DNA of 64,000 nucleotides from Patescibacteria group bacterium (lineage in GTDB: Bacteria > Patescibacteriota > Minisyncoccia > Phycocordibacterales > Phycocordibacteraceae), in assembly GCA_018971045.1 (NCBI GenBank), contig JAGWVF010000002.1, positions 1,133-65,132 of the forward strand. Reading direction: 5' to 3'. The notes beneath the pieces are model-generated. The model worked only from the letters and a program-made list of their open reading frames with translations. It searched no databases and was not told the origin of the DNA. The position numbers and the translations under genes are program-made. Positions within the stretch are counted from its first letter, which is position 1. Each line of letters opens with the position of its first letter. Positions 27,953 to 37,366 of the stretch are shown here, piece by piece.

Positions 27953-28615
27953 TCATGAAGAAGTCGACGTCGCGAGCGCGCCTTTCGGGAATTGCTTTTC
28001 AAGATCGGCAACCGAGGTGAAGCCGTAGGAATGCTTGCCGTTTATAACGAACGCGGGGAACGCGTTCTCCACTTTAAGAATCGCGATAAACGTCTTCAGC
28101 GCGCCGAGGTTGAGATTGTAGTCGAATGAATACACGCGAAGCGTCGGATACGTCGAGCGCAGATACGAGAGCGCATATCCGGCTTTGTCGCAATCGGCGC
28201 AATCGCCGGCATTACTGTAGAAATAGAGGACCGTCGCCGGTTTGGTTCCGCAGGCCGTCGCGATCTGCTTGGTGATGAGGTAATCGCGGATCTCGAGAAG
28301 CGAGTACTGCTCTTTCAATCGTATCACTTGCTGATTGTTCGTGCCGAGCTGACTTTCGGCGATTGAAAGCCGGTTGCCCAGATCGCCCAAGCTGCTGATG
28401 AGCGTGACTGATGACGTCGCGTTATCGCAGGGCGTCGCCTCAAGCAGCGAAAACTGCGTATCGAGAGAGAGGGTGTCTATCGAGATCTGATCCTCGATCG
28501 TCGAGAGGTCGGCGATGCGCGCGCTATTCAGATAATTTACGGCAAAGGCGATGGTACCGATGATCGCGATCGTCAGGCCGAGAGAAATAAGCAGATTGCG
28601 CGTGAACAGCGTCAT
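27953..28615 (-). CDS. Membrane-anchored thioredoxin-like protein (CxxC = CADC)
   Basis: N-terminal TM. C-terminal ...VLYFYSNAGDCADCDKAGYAL...FPAFVINGK resembles a thioredoxin/DsbA-like fold with a CxxC active site. Confidence 0.4.
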   Translation of the reverse strand: MTLFTRNLLISLGLTIAIIGTIAFAVNYLNSARIADLSTIEDQISIDTLSLDTQFSLLEATPCDNATSSVTLISSLGDLGNRLSIAESQLGTNNQQVIRLKEQYSLLEIRDYLITKQIATACGTKPATVLYFYSNAGDCADCDKAGYALSYLRSTYPTLRVYSFDYNLNLGALKTFIAILKVENAFPAFVINGKHSYGFTSVADLEKQFPKGALATSTSS

Positions 28616-28624
28616 GAGAATTCA

Positions 28625-29860
28625 TTACCGCCAGGTGGTGCGGGCGCCGCGCGCGACGTCGGATACCGATCGAATGAGCCAGAGCGGCGCGACGATCCAA
28701 TAGAACGCGAGATAAGCGAGGAGATTCGGCGCGAGCTTCCCCGGTATCCGCGAGAGCCTTTTCCCCACGACCATCCAGCCGAGCGTGACGACCAAGAGCG
28801 CGACGCCCAAGAGCTCAGGCGCGGTGGCCGGTACGTCATACCAGGAGAAAGGGCGCCAGACGAAGGCGTACGAGAGCGGCGCCGCCTGCACGATCGAGAG
28901 CGTGTGGAGTCCCTCGAAGAGGATCTGCGTCATGCTGAACATGAAGATGAAAATGCCGCCGCCGATCGTGATCAGCGCGAGCGGCAGGACGAACATGCCG
29001 AGGACAGCGTTCTTTCGGATGCCGATCAGGTCGCGGTAATCAAAGAGAATATTGCGCAAGAAGCCGGTGGTCCAGCGCACGCGTTGTTTAACGAGTTTCG
29101 GAAGGGTGGGCGGACTCTTGGTATAGACGCGGGCGCGAATGGCGTTGCCGATCGCGTAGCCCGCGCGCTGCAGGCGCATCGCCATCTCCATATCCTCGGC
29201 GAGATGCGCGTGCTTAAACGGGCCGAGTTCGGCAAGGACGGATCGGCGGTAGAAGGAGAACGGTCCCGGAGTCACATACAAGCCGTTCAACGAGGCGAGC
29301 ACATGACGGAGCGTGATCGCGAGGGTGTACTCGGCATACTGCATGCGTTGCATGAACGTCTGCGGTTCGTGAACCGCCATCGAGGCCGTAACCGCGGCTA
29401 CCCGGGAAGCGTCGAAGGCGGCGACGATCTCGCGGAGCGAATCAGGCGCGACAAAAGAATCCGCGTCAAGAAATCCGATCAGTTCGGCACCCCGCGCATG
29501 CTCGACGCCGAGGTTCATGGCGCTGAATTTCCCGCCGTTCTCTTTATGCAGAGCGGTAATCTGCGGATGGTGCGCGAAGCGATCGATGACGGCCGGGGTC
29601 GCGTCCGTAGAGCCGTCGTTGACCAGAATAATCGAGAGCTTCTCGGCGGGGTAGTCGAGAGCGAGGAGAGAATCAATCGTGCCCGCAAGCGTCGTTTCTT
29701 CATTCCAGACAGGAACGATGACCGCCACGTTCGGAGCGGTCGGCGCGATTGATTTCGCGCGGCTTGCTCGAGCCGGCTTCGAGAGGAAGGTAACGAGCAG
29801 GAACGATTCGAAGAAAATCGCGATGAAAAGAAAAGGGTAGGTAAGCGTTTCGACACCCAT
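28625..29860 (-). CDS. Family-2 glycosyltransferase, processive membrane synthase type (IcaA/PgaC/NodC-like), 412 aa
   Basis: GT2 motifs VIVPVWNEE...DGSTD...DADS and Q(R)xRW (QRVRWTTGF), followed by C-terminal TM helices. Start verified at ATG (MGVETLTYPFLF). Confidence 0.8.
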   Translation of the reverse strand: MGVETLTYPFLFIAIFFESFLLVTFLSKPARASRAKSIAPTAPNVAVIVPVWNEETTLAGTIDSLLALDYPAEKLSIILVNDGSTDATPAVIDRFAHHPQITALHKENGGKFSAMNLGVEHARGAELIGFLDADSFVAPDSLREIVAAFDASRVAAVTASMAVHEPQTFMQRMQYAEYTLAITLRHVLASLNGLYVTPGPFSFYRRSVLAELGPFKHAHLAEDMEMAMRLQRAGYAIGNAIRARVYTKSPPTLPKLVKQRVRWTTGFLRNILFDYRDLIGIRKNAVLGMFVLPLALITIGGGIFIFMFSMTQILFEGLHTLSIVQAAPLSYAFVWRPFSWYDVPATAPELLGVALLVVTLGWMVVGKRLSRIPGKLAPNLLAYLAFYWIVAPLWLIRSVSDVARGARTTWR

Positions 29861-29890
29861 AGCTTGTAGCGTTACTGTACCACAATCTGC

Positions 29891-29905
29891 TATATTTGCA
29901 GAATG
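29891..29905 (+). promoter_or_regulatory. Extended -10 TGCTATATT, 6 nt, ATG: leaderless promoter of pheS
   Basis: Read directly upstream of ATG 29903. Confidence 0.45.
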
Positions 29906-30628
29906 CAGAAGGTCGGCCGTCTTCACCCCATTACGATCGCGATTCGCGATATCGCCGCAATCTTCGGGCGGATGGGATTCGGAGTGGTGCTTGGACCCGA
30001 GCTTGAGACTGAATACTATAATTTTGATGCGCTCAATGTTCCCGCTGATCATCCGGCGCGTGACATGTGGGATACCTTCTGGGTGAAGAGCGATGAAGAC
30101 GAGCGTCTTGTCCTCCGCACCCACACGTCGCCGATGCAGATCCGCTCGCTCGAAAAGACGGGAGCGCCGACGCGCATCATCGTGCCCGGTAAAGTATTCA
30201 GAAATGAAGCGACCGATGCGACCCACGAAGCGCAGTTTTACCAGCTCGAAGGTCTCGCGATTGACGTGAATATCACGCTCGCCGACTTAAAGGGAACGCT
30301 CGATCGATTCTCGAAAGAATTTTTCGGCACCGAGGCCAAGGTGCGTTTCCGTCCGAGCTACTTCCCCTTTACCGAACCCTCGGTCGAGGTGGATGTATGG
30401 TTCCCGGCGAGAGAACGATGGCTCGAGGTGATGGGGGCGGGAATGGTCCACCCCAAGGTGCTCGAGAACGCCGGCGTGGATTCAAGAAAATATCAAGGCT
30501 TTGCCTTCGGACTCGGCGTTGAACGCTTCGCAATGATTAAGTACGGCATCCCCGATATACGTCTCTTCCACGCGGGCGATATCCGCTTCGATTTCGCTTT
30601 CGATAAAAGCCAGACATCGGATGTCTGA
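29903..30628 (+). CDS. pheS: Phenylalanine--tRNA ligase alpha subunit, short form (catalytic core only, 241 aa)
   Basis: Class II aaRS motifs 2/3 (FRNEATDATHEAQFYQLEG...GAGMVHPKVL...FAFGLGVERF). Lacks the usual N-terminal extension. Confidence 0.85.
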   Translation: MQKVGRLHPITIAIRDIAAIFGRMGFGVVLGPELETEYYNFDALNVPADHPARDMWDTFWVKSDEDERLVLRTHTSPMQIRSLEKTGAPTRIIVPGKVFRNEATDATHEAQFYQLEGLAIDVNITLADLKGTLDRFSKEFFGTEAKVRFRPSYFPFTEPSVEVDVWFPARERWLEVMGAGMVHPKVLENAGVDSRKYQGFAFGLGVERFAMIKYGIPDIRLFHAGDIRFDFAFDKSQTSDV

Positions 30629-30630
30629 CT
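30608..30630. repeat. REP-B-like variant palindrome CAGACATCGGATGTCTG overlapping the pheS stop codon
   Basis: Shares the CATCGGATG core with the REP-A/B families. Encodes the last residues (QTSDV*) of PheS. Confidence 0.6.
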
Positions 30631-30637
30631 TTGAGGT

Positions 30638-32458
30638 ATGAAGATTTCGCTCGCCTGGATCCAGAATTACTTTGATACCCCGCTTCCGAAGGGGAGAGAA
30701 CTCGCGGATGCCCTCACCTTTCACGCGTTCGAGATCGAGGAGGCCAGCGAGACGATGCTCGATGTCAAAGTGCTTCCGAATCGCGCGGCTGACTGTCTTT
30801 CTCATCGCGGTATCGCGCGCGAGCTCTCCGCGATTCTGAATATCCCGATAAAGTCCGATCCGCTCCGCGCGCTACTTCAAAAGGAGGAGGTGCGAAACTC
30901 GCCTATACATATTAAAATCGAGGATGAGAAAAAGTGCGCGCGGTATATGGGCGCGCTCATAAGAGGAGTGAAGGTGGGACCATCGCCCGCGTGGCTTCAA
31001 GAGGCGCTCGAGGCGGTCGGTCAGCGATCGATCAATAACGTCGTCGACGCGACCAACTATGTGATGCTCGATATCGGCCAGCCGCTCCACGCGTTTGACG
31101 CGGGGAAGCTCACGCAAAAAGAGGGCGCGTACGCGATCAACGTGCGGAGCGCGAAGGACGGAGAAAAAATCACGACGCTCTCCGGCGATGAATATACGCT
31201 TGCGCCAAGCATAACGATCGTTACCGACGCGAACACCGGCACCCCGATCGCGCTCGCGGGCATAAAAGGCGGCAAGGCCGCCGAGCTCACGAACGATACG
31301 ACCGATCTCATCGTTGAATCGGCGAACTTCGACGCGCCGACGACGCGCCGCGCCGCGCAGAAGCTGAAACTCTTTACCGATGCCAGTATTCGCTTTCAGA
31401 ACCGCCCCTCGCCGGAACTCGCGGCTTACGGCATGCGCGAGGTTCTCAAACTCATTACGGACATCGCGGGCGGAGAGGCCGCGGGAATCATCGACGAGCA
31501 TCCTGCGCGCGCCGAAGAAGCGCATGCCGTTTCGGTCTCGCTCGAGCATATCAATGCCGTGCTCGGAGCGGATTTCTCGAGTGCCGCTATTGCAGATGTT
31601 TTCAAGCGTCTTGATCTTCCCTCTGAACAGATAGGCGGCGTCTTCACCGTTACGCCGCCCTTCGAACGCGCGGATCTCGCCATCCCCGAAGATCTTATTG
31701 AAGAAGTCGGACGCGTCATTGGATATGACGCGCTCTCGCCGACCGAGCTTCCTCCCGTCGCGGATACGCCGGATCAGAATCGCTATCGCGGCATCGAACG
31801 GATGAAAGATCAGCTTGTCGAGCAGGGATTTATCGAAGTCTCGACGCAATCGTTCGCAGGAACGGGCGACGTTACGCTCTTCAATCCGCTTGATACGGCG
31901 AAGCCCGCGCTCCGCACCTCGCTTGAAGAGAATCTCGCCGAAGCGCTCGCGAAGGCGAAGTATGCCGCGCCGCTCGTACTCGAGCCGGGGCAGAAACCGA
32001 AATTGTTTGAAATCGGCACGGTCTTCCTGAAGGAAGGCGAACATCTCGAGCTCCGTATGACCGAGCGCGTGCCCGAGTGGGGCGACGAGGCCGCCACGGT
32101 CGACAATCTCTCCGCGGCGAACCTCGAGGAGTACGGCAAAGGCTACGAACCAAAGCGATACGCTCTCGGCTCATTCCGACCCTACTCCGCGTATCCTTTT
32201 ATTGTCCGAGACATCGCCTTCTGGGCCGCAGGCGCCGGGCAAAGCGAGGCGGCAATCGAGAAGCTTCTTCGCGAACGCGCGGGAGAATTGCTCGTTCGTC
32301 TCGATCGATTCGATCGGTTTGAAAAAGAGGGGAGGGTCTCGCTCGCGTACCGCCTCGTCTTCCAGTCTTTCGATCGGACGCTCACCGACGAAGAAATAAA
32401 TAATGTGATGAACAGCGTCTCCTCGTCGCTTGCCGAGCTGGGTTGCGAGGTCCGCTGA
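30638..32458 (+). CDS. pheT: Phenylalanine--tRNA ligase beta subunit (short, 606 aa)
   Basis: MKISLAWIQNYF...LTFHAFEIE N-terminus and B3/4 domain motifs. Follows pheS. Confidence 0.85.
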   Translation: MKISLAWIQNYFDTPLPKGRELADALTFHAFEIEEASETMLDVKVLPNRAADCLSHRGIARELSAILNIPIKSDPLRALLQKEEVRNSPIHIKIEDEKKCARYMGALIRGVKVGPSPAWLQEALEAVGQRSINNVVDATNYVMLDIGQPLHAFDAGKLTQKEGAYAINVRSAKDGEKITTLSGDEYTLAPSITIVTDANTGTPIALAGIKGGKAAELTNDTTDLIVESANFDAPTTRRAAQKLKLFTDASIRFQNRPSPELAAYGMREVLKLITDIAGGEAAGIIDEHPARAEEAHAVSVSLEHINAVLGADFSSAAIADVFKRLDLPSEQIGGVFTVTPPFERADLAIPEDLIEEVGRVIGYDALSPTELPPVADTPDQNRYRGIERMKDQLVEQGFIEVSTQSFAGTGDVTLFNPLDTAKPALRTSLEENLAEALAKAKYAAPLVLEPGQKPKLFEIGTVFLKEGEHLELRMTERVPEWGDEAATVDNLSAANLEEYGKGYEPKRYALGSFRPYSAYPFIVRDIAFWAAGAGQSEAAIEKLLRERAGELLVRLDRFDRFEKEGRVSLAYRLVFQSFDRTLTDEEINNVMNSVSSSLAELGCEVR

Positions 32459-32507
32459 AAGCCCTCCCAAACGGGGTCATTTTATGCTAAAATAGATAGA
32501 TAAAACT

Positions 32508-34586
32508 ATGGCGAAAGAAGCTTCCAAAAAGGCCGTATCTAAGGCCTATGATGCCTCGTCTATCACCGTTCTCGAGGGGCTCGAGCCGGTCAGGAAGCGC
32601 CCGGGAATGTATATCGGGACGACTGGTCCGGACGGACTCCACCACCTCGTCTGGGAGATCTTCGATAATGCCCGCGACGAGGCGATGGGCGGGCATGCAA
32701 GCGACATCGAGGTCGCGCTTTTGCCGGAGGGTTACGTGCGCGTCGCCGACAACGGCCGCGGCGTTCCGGTCGGCATCCATCCCAAAACCAAGGTTTCCGC
32801 GCTCGAGACGATCATGACGACGCTCCACGCCGGAGGGAAATTCGGCGGAGAGGATAGCGGCTACAAGATCTCGGGCGGACTCCACGGCGTCGGCGCTTCG
32901 GTCGTGAATGCGCTCTCCGAGCACACCAAAGTCGTCGTGCATCAAGACGGCGGGATGCACATGCAGGAATACAGGATCGGCAAGCCGATCGCGAAGGTGA
33001 AGAAGATCGGCGGCAGCAAAGAGCACGGCACCATCGTCATCTTCAAGCCCGATGCGACCATTTTTAAAGAAGGCGTGGAATGGAACTGGGAGAAGATCGT
33101 GACGCATCTGCGCCAGCAAGCGTATCTCGTGAAGGGCGTGCGTATCGGGCTCTTCGACGCGCGCGGCGACACGAACTCATTCGAGACCGATCGGCTCTTT
33201 CTCCGTTCGTACGCGCTCGACGTTCCCTCGATGACCTTCTATTTCGAAGGCGGACTCAAATCGCTCGTCGCCTTCTACAACAAGCACCAGACGCCGGTGC
33301 ATAAAAACATTTTCTACGTCGATCGCCAGTCTGAAAATGTCGAGGTCGAAATCGCGCTTCAGTACGTCGACGACATCGCGTCGCGCACCACCGCTTTTGC
33401 CAACAACATTTATAACAGCGAGGGCGGCACGCACGTTACCGGATTTAAGACCGCGCTCACGCGCGCGCTCAACACGTATGGCCGCAATGCGAATCTGATT
33501 AAAGAAAAGGACGAGAACTTCACGGGCGACGACGTGCTCGAAGGGATTACGGCGGTCGTATCGGTGAAGCTTCCGGAAATTCAATTCGAGGGACAGACCA
33601 AGAGCAAACTCGGATCGATGGAAGCGCAGGGCGCCGTCTCGGCCGTCTTCGGAGAAGCGCTCGGCGCGTTTCTTGAAGAGAATCCCGACGACGCGCGCGC
33701 AATCGTGAACAAGGTTCTGCTCGCGCTTAAGGCGCGCAAGGCCGCCAAGGCCGCCAAGGACTCGGTACTGCGCAAGGGCGCTCTCGAGGGCATGACGCTC
33801 CCGGGCAAGCTCGCCGATTGCCAGACTAAGAGCGCCGAGGAAGGGGAGCTCTTTATCGTCGAGGGAGACTCTGCCGGCGGATCGAGCAAGCAGGGGCGCG
33901 ATCGCCGCACGCAGGCGATTCTTCCCCTGCGCGGGAAGATTCTGAACGTCGAGCGCGCGCGCATCGACCGCATGCTCGCTTCAGCCGAGATCCGCGCGCT
34001 CGTCATCGCGATGGGTACCGCCATCGGCGATGTCTTCGACCTCTCGAAACTCCGCTATCATAAGATCATCATCGCGACGGATGCCGACGTCGACGGCGCG
34101 CACATCCGCACGCTTCTTCTCACGCTCCTTTACCGCCACTTCCGGCCGATCATTGACGGCGGATTCGTCTACATCGCCCAGCCGCCTTTGTATAAAATCA
34201 CCAAAGGGAAGGCGACGGCGTACGCGTATACCGATAAGGAAAAAGAAGAGGCGCTTCGGGAGCTCGGCGCCGTATCAAGCGAGATTAAAGAGAGTGCAGA
34301 CGCTGACGCTCTCGCTGAAGAATCGGAGAACGAGACCGAAGAGGTGGCTTCAAAATCGGCAAAAGCCGCGAAAGTGAATATCCAGCGCTATAAAGGTCTC
34401 GGCGAAATGAATCCGAGCGAGCTGTGGGAAACGACGATGGATCCGGCCCGCCGCGTCCTCAAGCGCATCAGCATCGAAGATGCCGAAGCGGCTGATCGCA
34501 TCTTCGATATTTTGATGGGAACGGACGTTCCTTCACGCAAATCTTTTATTCAGAGCAACGCGAAGCTCGCCAATCTGGATGTTTAA
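32508..34586 (+). CDS. gyrB: DNA gyrase subunit B (type IIA topoisomerase ATPase subunit)
   Basis: GHKL ATPase motifs (LHHLVWEIFDNARDEA, GLHGVGASVVNALS), TOPRIM EGDSAGGS, C-terminal KGLGEMNP. Confidence 0.9.
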   Translation: MAKEASKKAVSKAYDASSITVLEGLEPVRKRPGMYIGTTGPDGLHHLVWEIFDNARDEAMGGHASDIEVALLPEGYVRVADNGRGVPVGIHPKTKVSALETIMTTLHAGGKFGGEDSGYKISGGLHGVGASVVNALSEHTKVVVHQDGGMHMQEYRIGKPIAKVKKIGGSKEHGTIVIFKPDATIFKEGVEWNWEKIVTHLRQQAYLVKGVRIGLFDARGDTNSFETDRLFLRSYALDVPSMTFYFEGGLKSLVAFYNKHQTPVHKNIFYVDRQSENVEVEIALQYVDDIASRTTAFANNIYNSEGGTHVTGFKTALTRALNTYGRNANLIKEKDENFTGDDVLEGITAVVSVKLPEIQFEGQTKSKLGSMEAQGAVSAVFGEALGAFLEENPDDARAIVNKVLLALKARKAAKAAKDSVLRKGALEGMTLPGKLADCQTKSAEEGELFIVEGDSAGGSSKQGRDRRTQAILPLRGKILNVERARIDRMLASAEIRALVIAMGTAIGDVFDLSKLRYHKIIIATDADVDGAHIRTLLLTLLYRHFRPIIDGGFVYIAQPPLYKITKGKATAYAYTDKEKEEALRELGAVSSEIKESADADALAEESENETEEVASKSAKAAKVNIQRYKGLGEMNPSELWETTMDPARRVLKRISIEDAEAADRIFDILMGTDVPSRKSFIQSNAKLANLDV

Positions 34587-34597
34587 CCCGGGGCCGG

Positions 34598-35368
34598 TTA
34601 GGAGCCGAGAATAGTGAGGTAGGCGGACGCGCTGTTGTTATCCGCGTTCGATTCGCTGACCGCTTTGTCGAAGTTTGCGGTGATTGAAATCATCTGTCCG
34701 GATCCTTTATTCGCCTGATCGAATCCGAGAACGTAATCGATGCTTTCGCCGGGAGCGAGCGACTGTTGCAGCGGCGACTGGAAGATATACGCGCTCTGGG
34801 TCGGTATCGACGCGCTGAAGCGCCACGGCGCGGCGATGTTCGCGCCGATATTCTTTATGGTAAATTTCGCCGCCGGACGGTTTCCGAAAGGAACGGTCGA
34901 GCTTGCGACAAACGAGTCCGTCGAAGTCGAGGTGAGATAGCCGACGGCGGTGATGTTCACCACGAGATCAGGAAGCCCCGAGAGTGTCGGCGAAGAGGAA
35001 GCGCCGCTCATCGGGTAGGTGGCCGTCGTCTCCGGTCCCGTGGCGGTAGCTGCTGGTTTGGGCGGTGTCGGGATCTTGGCGGCCGGCATCGTCGCGGCGG
35101 CCGGCTCGGCGGTCGTCGCGGGAGTGGCGAAGGGAAGCGTCGTCGGCGCGGCGGGAGTCGGGACGATTGAGACCGTCGCGGGCGCCGGAGAGAAGAACGA
35201 GCTGAGGTAGACGGACGCGCTCCCGACGCGGTTTATGATTTCCGGAACAAAGCGGGTCGAGTAGAACGCGAGCCAAAAACTGCCCCCTACGAGAGCGGCG
35301 AAGCCGACACCCGCGAGCACGTTGAGAGCGGTCGCGCGGGTCGTCGAGGCGGTATTCGATGCGTCCAT
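34598..35368 (-). CDS. Secreted Pro/Ala/Thr-rich protein with CARDB-like domain
   Basis: N-terminal TM/signal. CARDB-like GLPDLVVNITAVGYL...FTIKNIGANIAAP. Confidence 0.45.
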   Translation of the reverse strand: MDASNTASTTRATALNVLAGVGFAALVGGSFWLAFYSTRFVPEIINRVGSASVYLSSFFSPAPATVSIVPTPAAPTTLPFATPATTAEPAAATMPAAKIPTPPKPAATATGPETTATYPMSGASSSPTLSGLPDLVVNITAVGYLTSTSTDSFVASSTVPFGNRPAAKFTIKNIGANIAAPWRFSASIPTQSAYIFQSPLQQSLAPGESIDYVLGFDQANKGSGQMISITANFDKAVSESNADNNSASAYLTILGS

Positions 35369-35459
35369 ATAGCATGGTTGATACCACGAGGTGTTTTTGC
35401 TGTCAAGCCTTGACATAAGGCATACTTCAGTGTATTTATGAATAAGATTGGCATTGAGT

Positions 35460-36131
35460 ATGCAATGGTGTATCGACGCGATCGTTCGGCTTATCCAGGC
35501 CTTCAAGCGAATCTCCACCAAGAAGTGGAGCTTCGTCGGCTTTTCGGCGCTGATATTTCTCGGCAGTATCGCGGCGCTTGCCCGCTTCGATCTCTTGCCG
35601 GAGGCGCTCCCGTCTGAGCCGACGGTAACGCTGTCTCAGACCGTCGCCGCTCCCGGTATAGATTTGCCGGCCGCGATCGAATTGCCGACGAAGATCGAGA
35701 TTCCAAGCATTAACCTCTCGGCGCCGATCAATAATCCGACGACGACTGACATAACGGCACTTGATCGATCTCTTCTCTCGGGCGCGGTGCGGTATCCGAC
35801 CTCGGCCAAGCTTGGCGAGACCGGCAACGTCGTCCTCTTCGGTCATTCGAGCTACTTGCCGGTCGTGCTCAATAAAGCCTATCAGTCCTTTAACGATATC
35901 CAGAAGCTCGCTGCGGGCGCTACGATCGCCGTTTCTTCAAAAGATACGGTATATACCTATCAGGTGCGCTCGGTCGAAAAGGAGAGTACCATAACAGCGG
36001 CGATACCGCTTCGAGTGGACGGCCGGGTGCTCACCCTCTCGACCTGCGACTCCTTCGGCGCGAAGACTGATCGTTTCGTCGTTACAGCCGACTTTGTTGA
36101 AAGTCACCCTCTCTCTGCTCCGGCAGAGTGA
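35460..36131 (+). CDS. Sortase-family transpeptidase
   Basis: N-terminal TM anchor. Catalytic His (VVLFGHSSY) and TLxTC Cys motif (RVLTLSTCDSF). Conserved Arg region downstream. Confidence 0.75.
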   Translation: MQWCIDAIVRLIQAFKRISTKKWSFVGFSALIFLGSIAALARFDLLPEALPSEPTVTLSQTVAAPGIDLPAAIELPTKIEIPSINLSAPINNPTTTDITALDRSLLSGAVRYPTSAKLGETGNVVLFGHSSYLPVVLNKAYQSFNDIQKLAAGATIAVSSKDTVYTYQVRSVEKESTITAAIPLRVDGRVLTLSTCDSFGAKTDRFVVTADFVESHPLSAPAE

Positions 36132-36211
36132 GGATGACTCTCCGCAAGGAGAGAGGATACTTGTTCTTTCAACTTCATAGCCGCTCGCGCGGTAAGGAAA
36201 GGAGTTCAGAA

Positions 36212-37267
36212 ATGACAAAAGGAAAGCTGGCCGCGCGAGCTGTGCTCGTGGGGCTTATGATTTGGATCATCGCCACTGTGGTGGCGGTGTGTGTCGCCAC
36301 CGGCGCGCGGGCGGCAGAAACGCCGTGGAAGTGGGAACACTTCGGCGCCGCTCCGTACGCGACAACGCGTGGGGAGGCGATGGCGACGCGCGAAAGCGCG
36401 TTCCGCGCTCTCGGCTACCCCAAGAAGGTGGTCGAGCTCCTGGTCGAAGCGACTAAGTCTCCGGGCGAGGGCGTCGAGCTCAAGAACGGCGACCGCTTCG
36501 CCGCTCAGATGAGTAAGGGCGGCGTCGTGCACGGCCTGAAGGAGGGCGGCGGAGTCGTCGCCTTCGAGAAGCCGGTTCGCGGCATGCGCTATGTCGCGGA
36601 CGCCGAGATGTGGCAGGTATCGTGGGAGGGGAGGGTCTACACCCTTGTTCTTCCTGAAGTCTGCTACAACTGGACCAGGATGCAGGTCGAGGCACCGCCG
36701 CCAGCGACGAAACAGATCGTCGCCGAGCAGAAGCTCGGCCCGATAACGGTTCTGCCGGCGACATGTCCTAACGTTTATTTCTTAAAAGTAAACGTTTGGG
36801 AACATTCGGCGCTCGAGCTCCCGGGGGTGGCTCAAACCCACGCCAAAGAGGAGTGGGAGGAACAGTTTATCGGCGTACCGCATGTGTCGCGGACGCACGG
36901 CGGCGAGTTCCGAAAGGCGCTCTCGTCCGGACAGATCGCTCGGTCTAAGATCCCGCACAACTTTCTGGTGTCACTCATCATGACGCCGGAGGCGCAGGTC
37001 GGGGAGCCGACGATCACCAAGGAGCAAGTCCTGGGTGAGATCTCGGTTACCGGGCTCTACGAGCTCCAGTTCTCGAGGAAACAGATCGAGAGCTGGGACG
37101 CCATCCGCGTGGTTGATGTCAAAGGGGACGTCACCTCGCCACCGCGGTACCACGCCACGGGGCTCCACGAGCTACGGTTCTTCAACCATTTTCCAGGCAC
37201 GAAGCTTGGCGAGTGGGACAGCAATCCGGTTCCGGATTGCATCATGAACGAGCACTGGATTGAGTGA
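36212..37267 (+). CDS. Hypothetical secreted/membrane-anchored protein (352 aa)
   Basis: Strong SD (aaggaaaggag) 7 nt before ATG. N-terminal hydrophobic anchor. No recognisable domain. Confidence 0.5.
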   Translation: MTKGKLAARAVLVGLMIWIIATVVAVCVATGARAAETPWKWEHFGAAPYATTRGEAMATRESAFRALGYPKKVVELLVEATKSPGEGVELKNGDRFAAQMSKGGVVHGLKEGGGVVAFEKPVRGMRYVADAEMWQVSWEGRVYTLVLPEVCYNWTRMQVEAPPPATKQIVAEQKLGPITVLPATCPNVYFLKVNVWEHSALELPGVAQTHAKEEWEEQFIGVPHVSRTHGGEFRKALSSGQIARSKIPHNFLVSLIMTPEAQVGEPTITKEQVLGEISVTGLYELQFSRKQIESWDAIRVVDVKGDVTSPPRYHATGLHELRFFNHFPGTKLGEWDSNPVPDCIMNEHWIE

Positions 37268-37366
37268 GGGAGGGTGACGCTGGAACCGTTGAGGGATTCG
37301 TACACGACAATCTCTAACAACGGATCCCTTTTCTGAAACATCTCACGGAGGTGTTTCGGAAATAGG

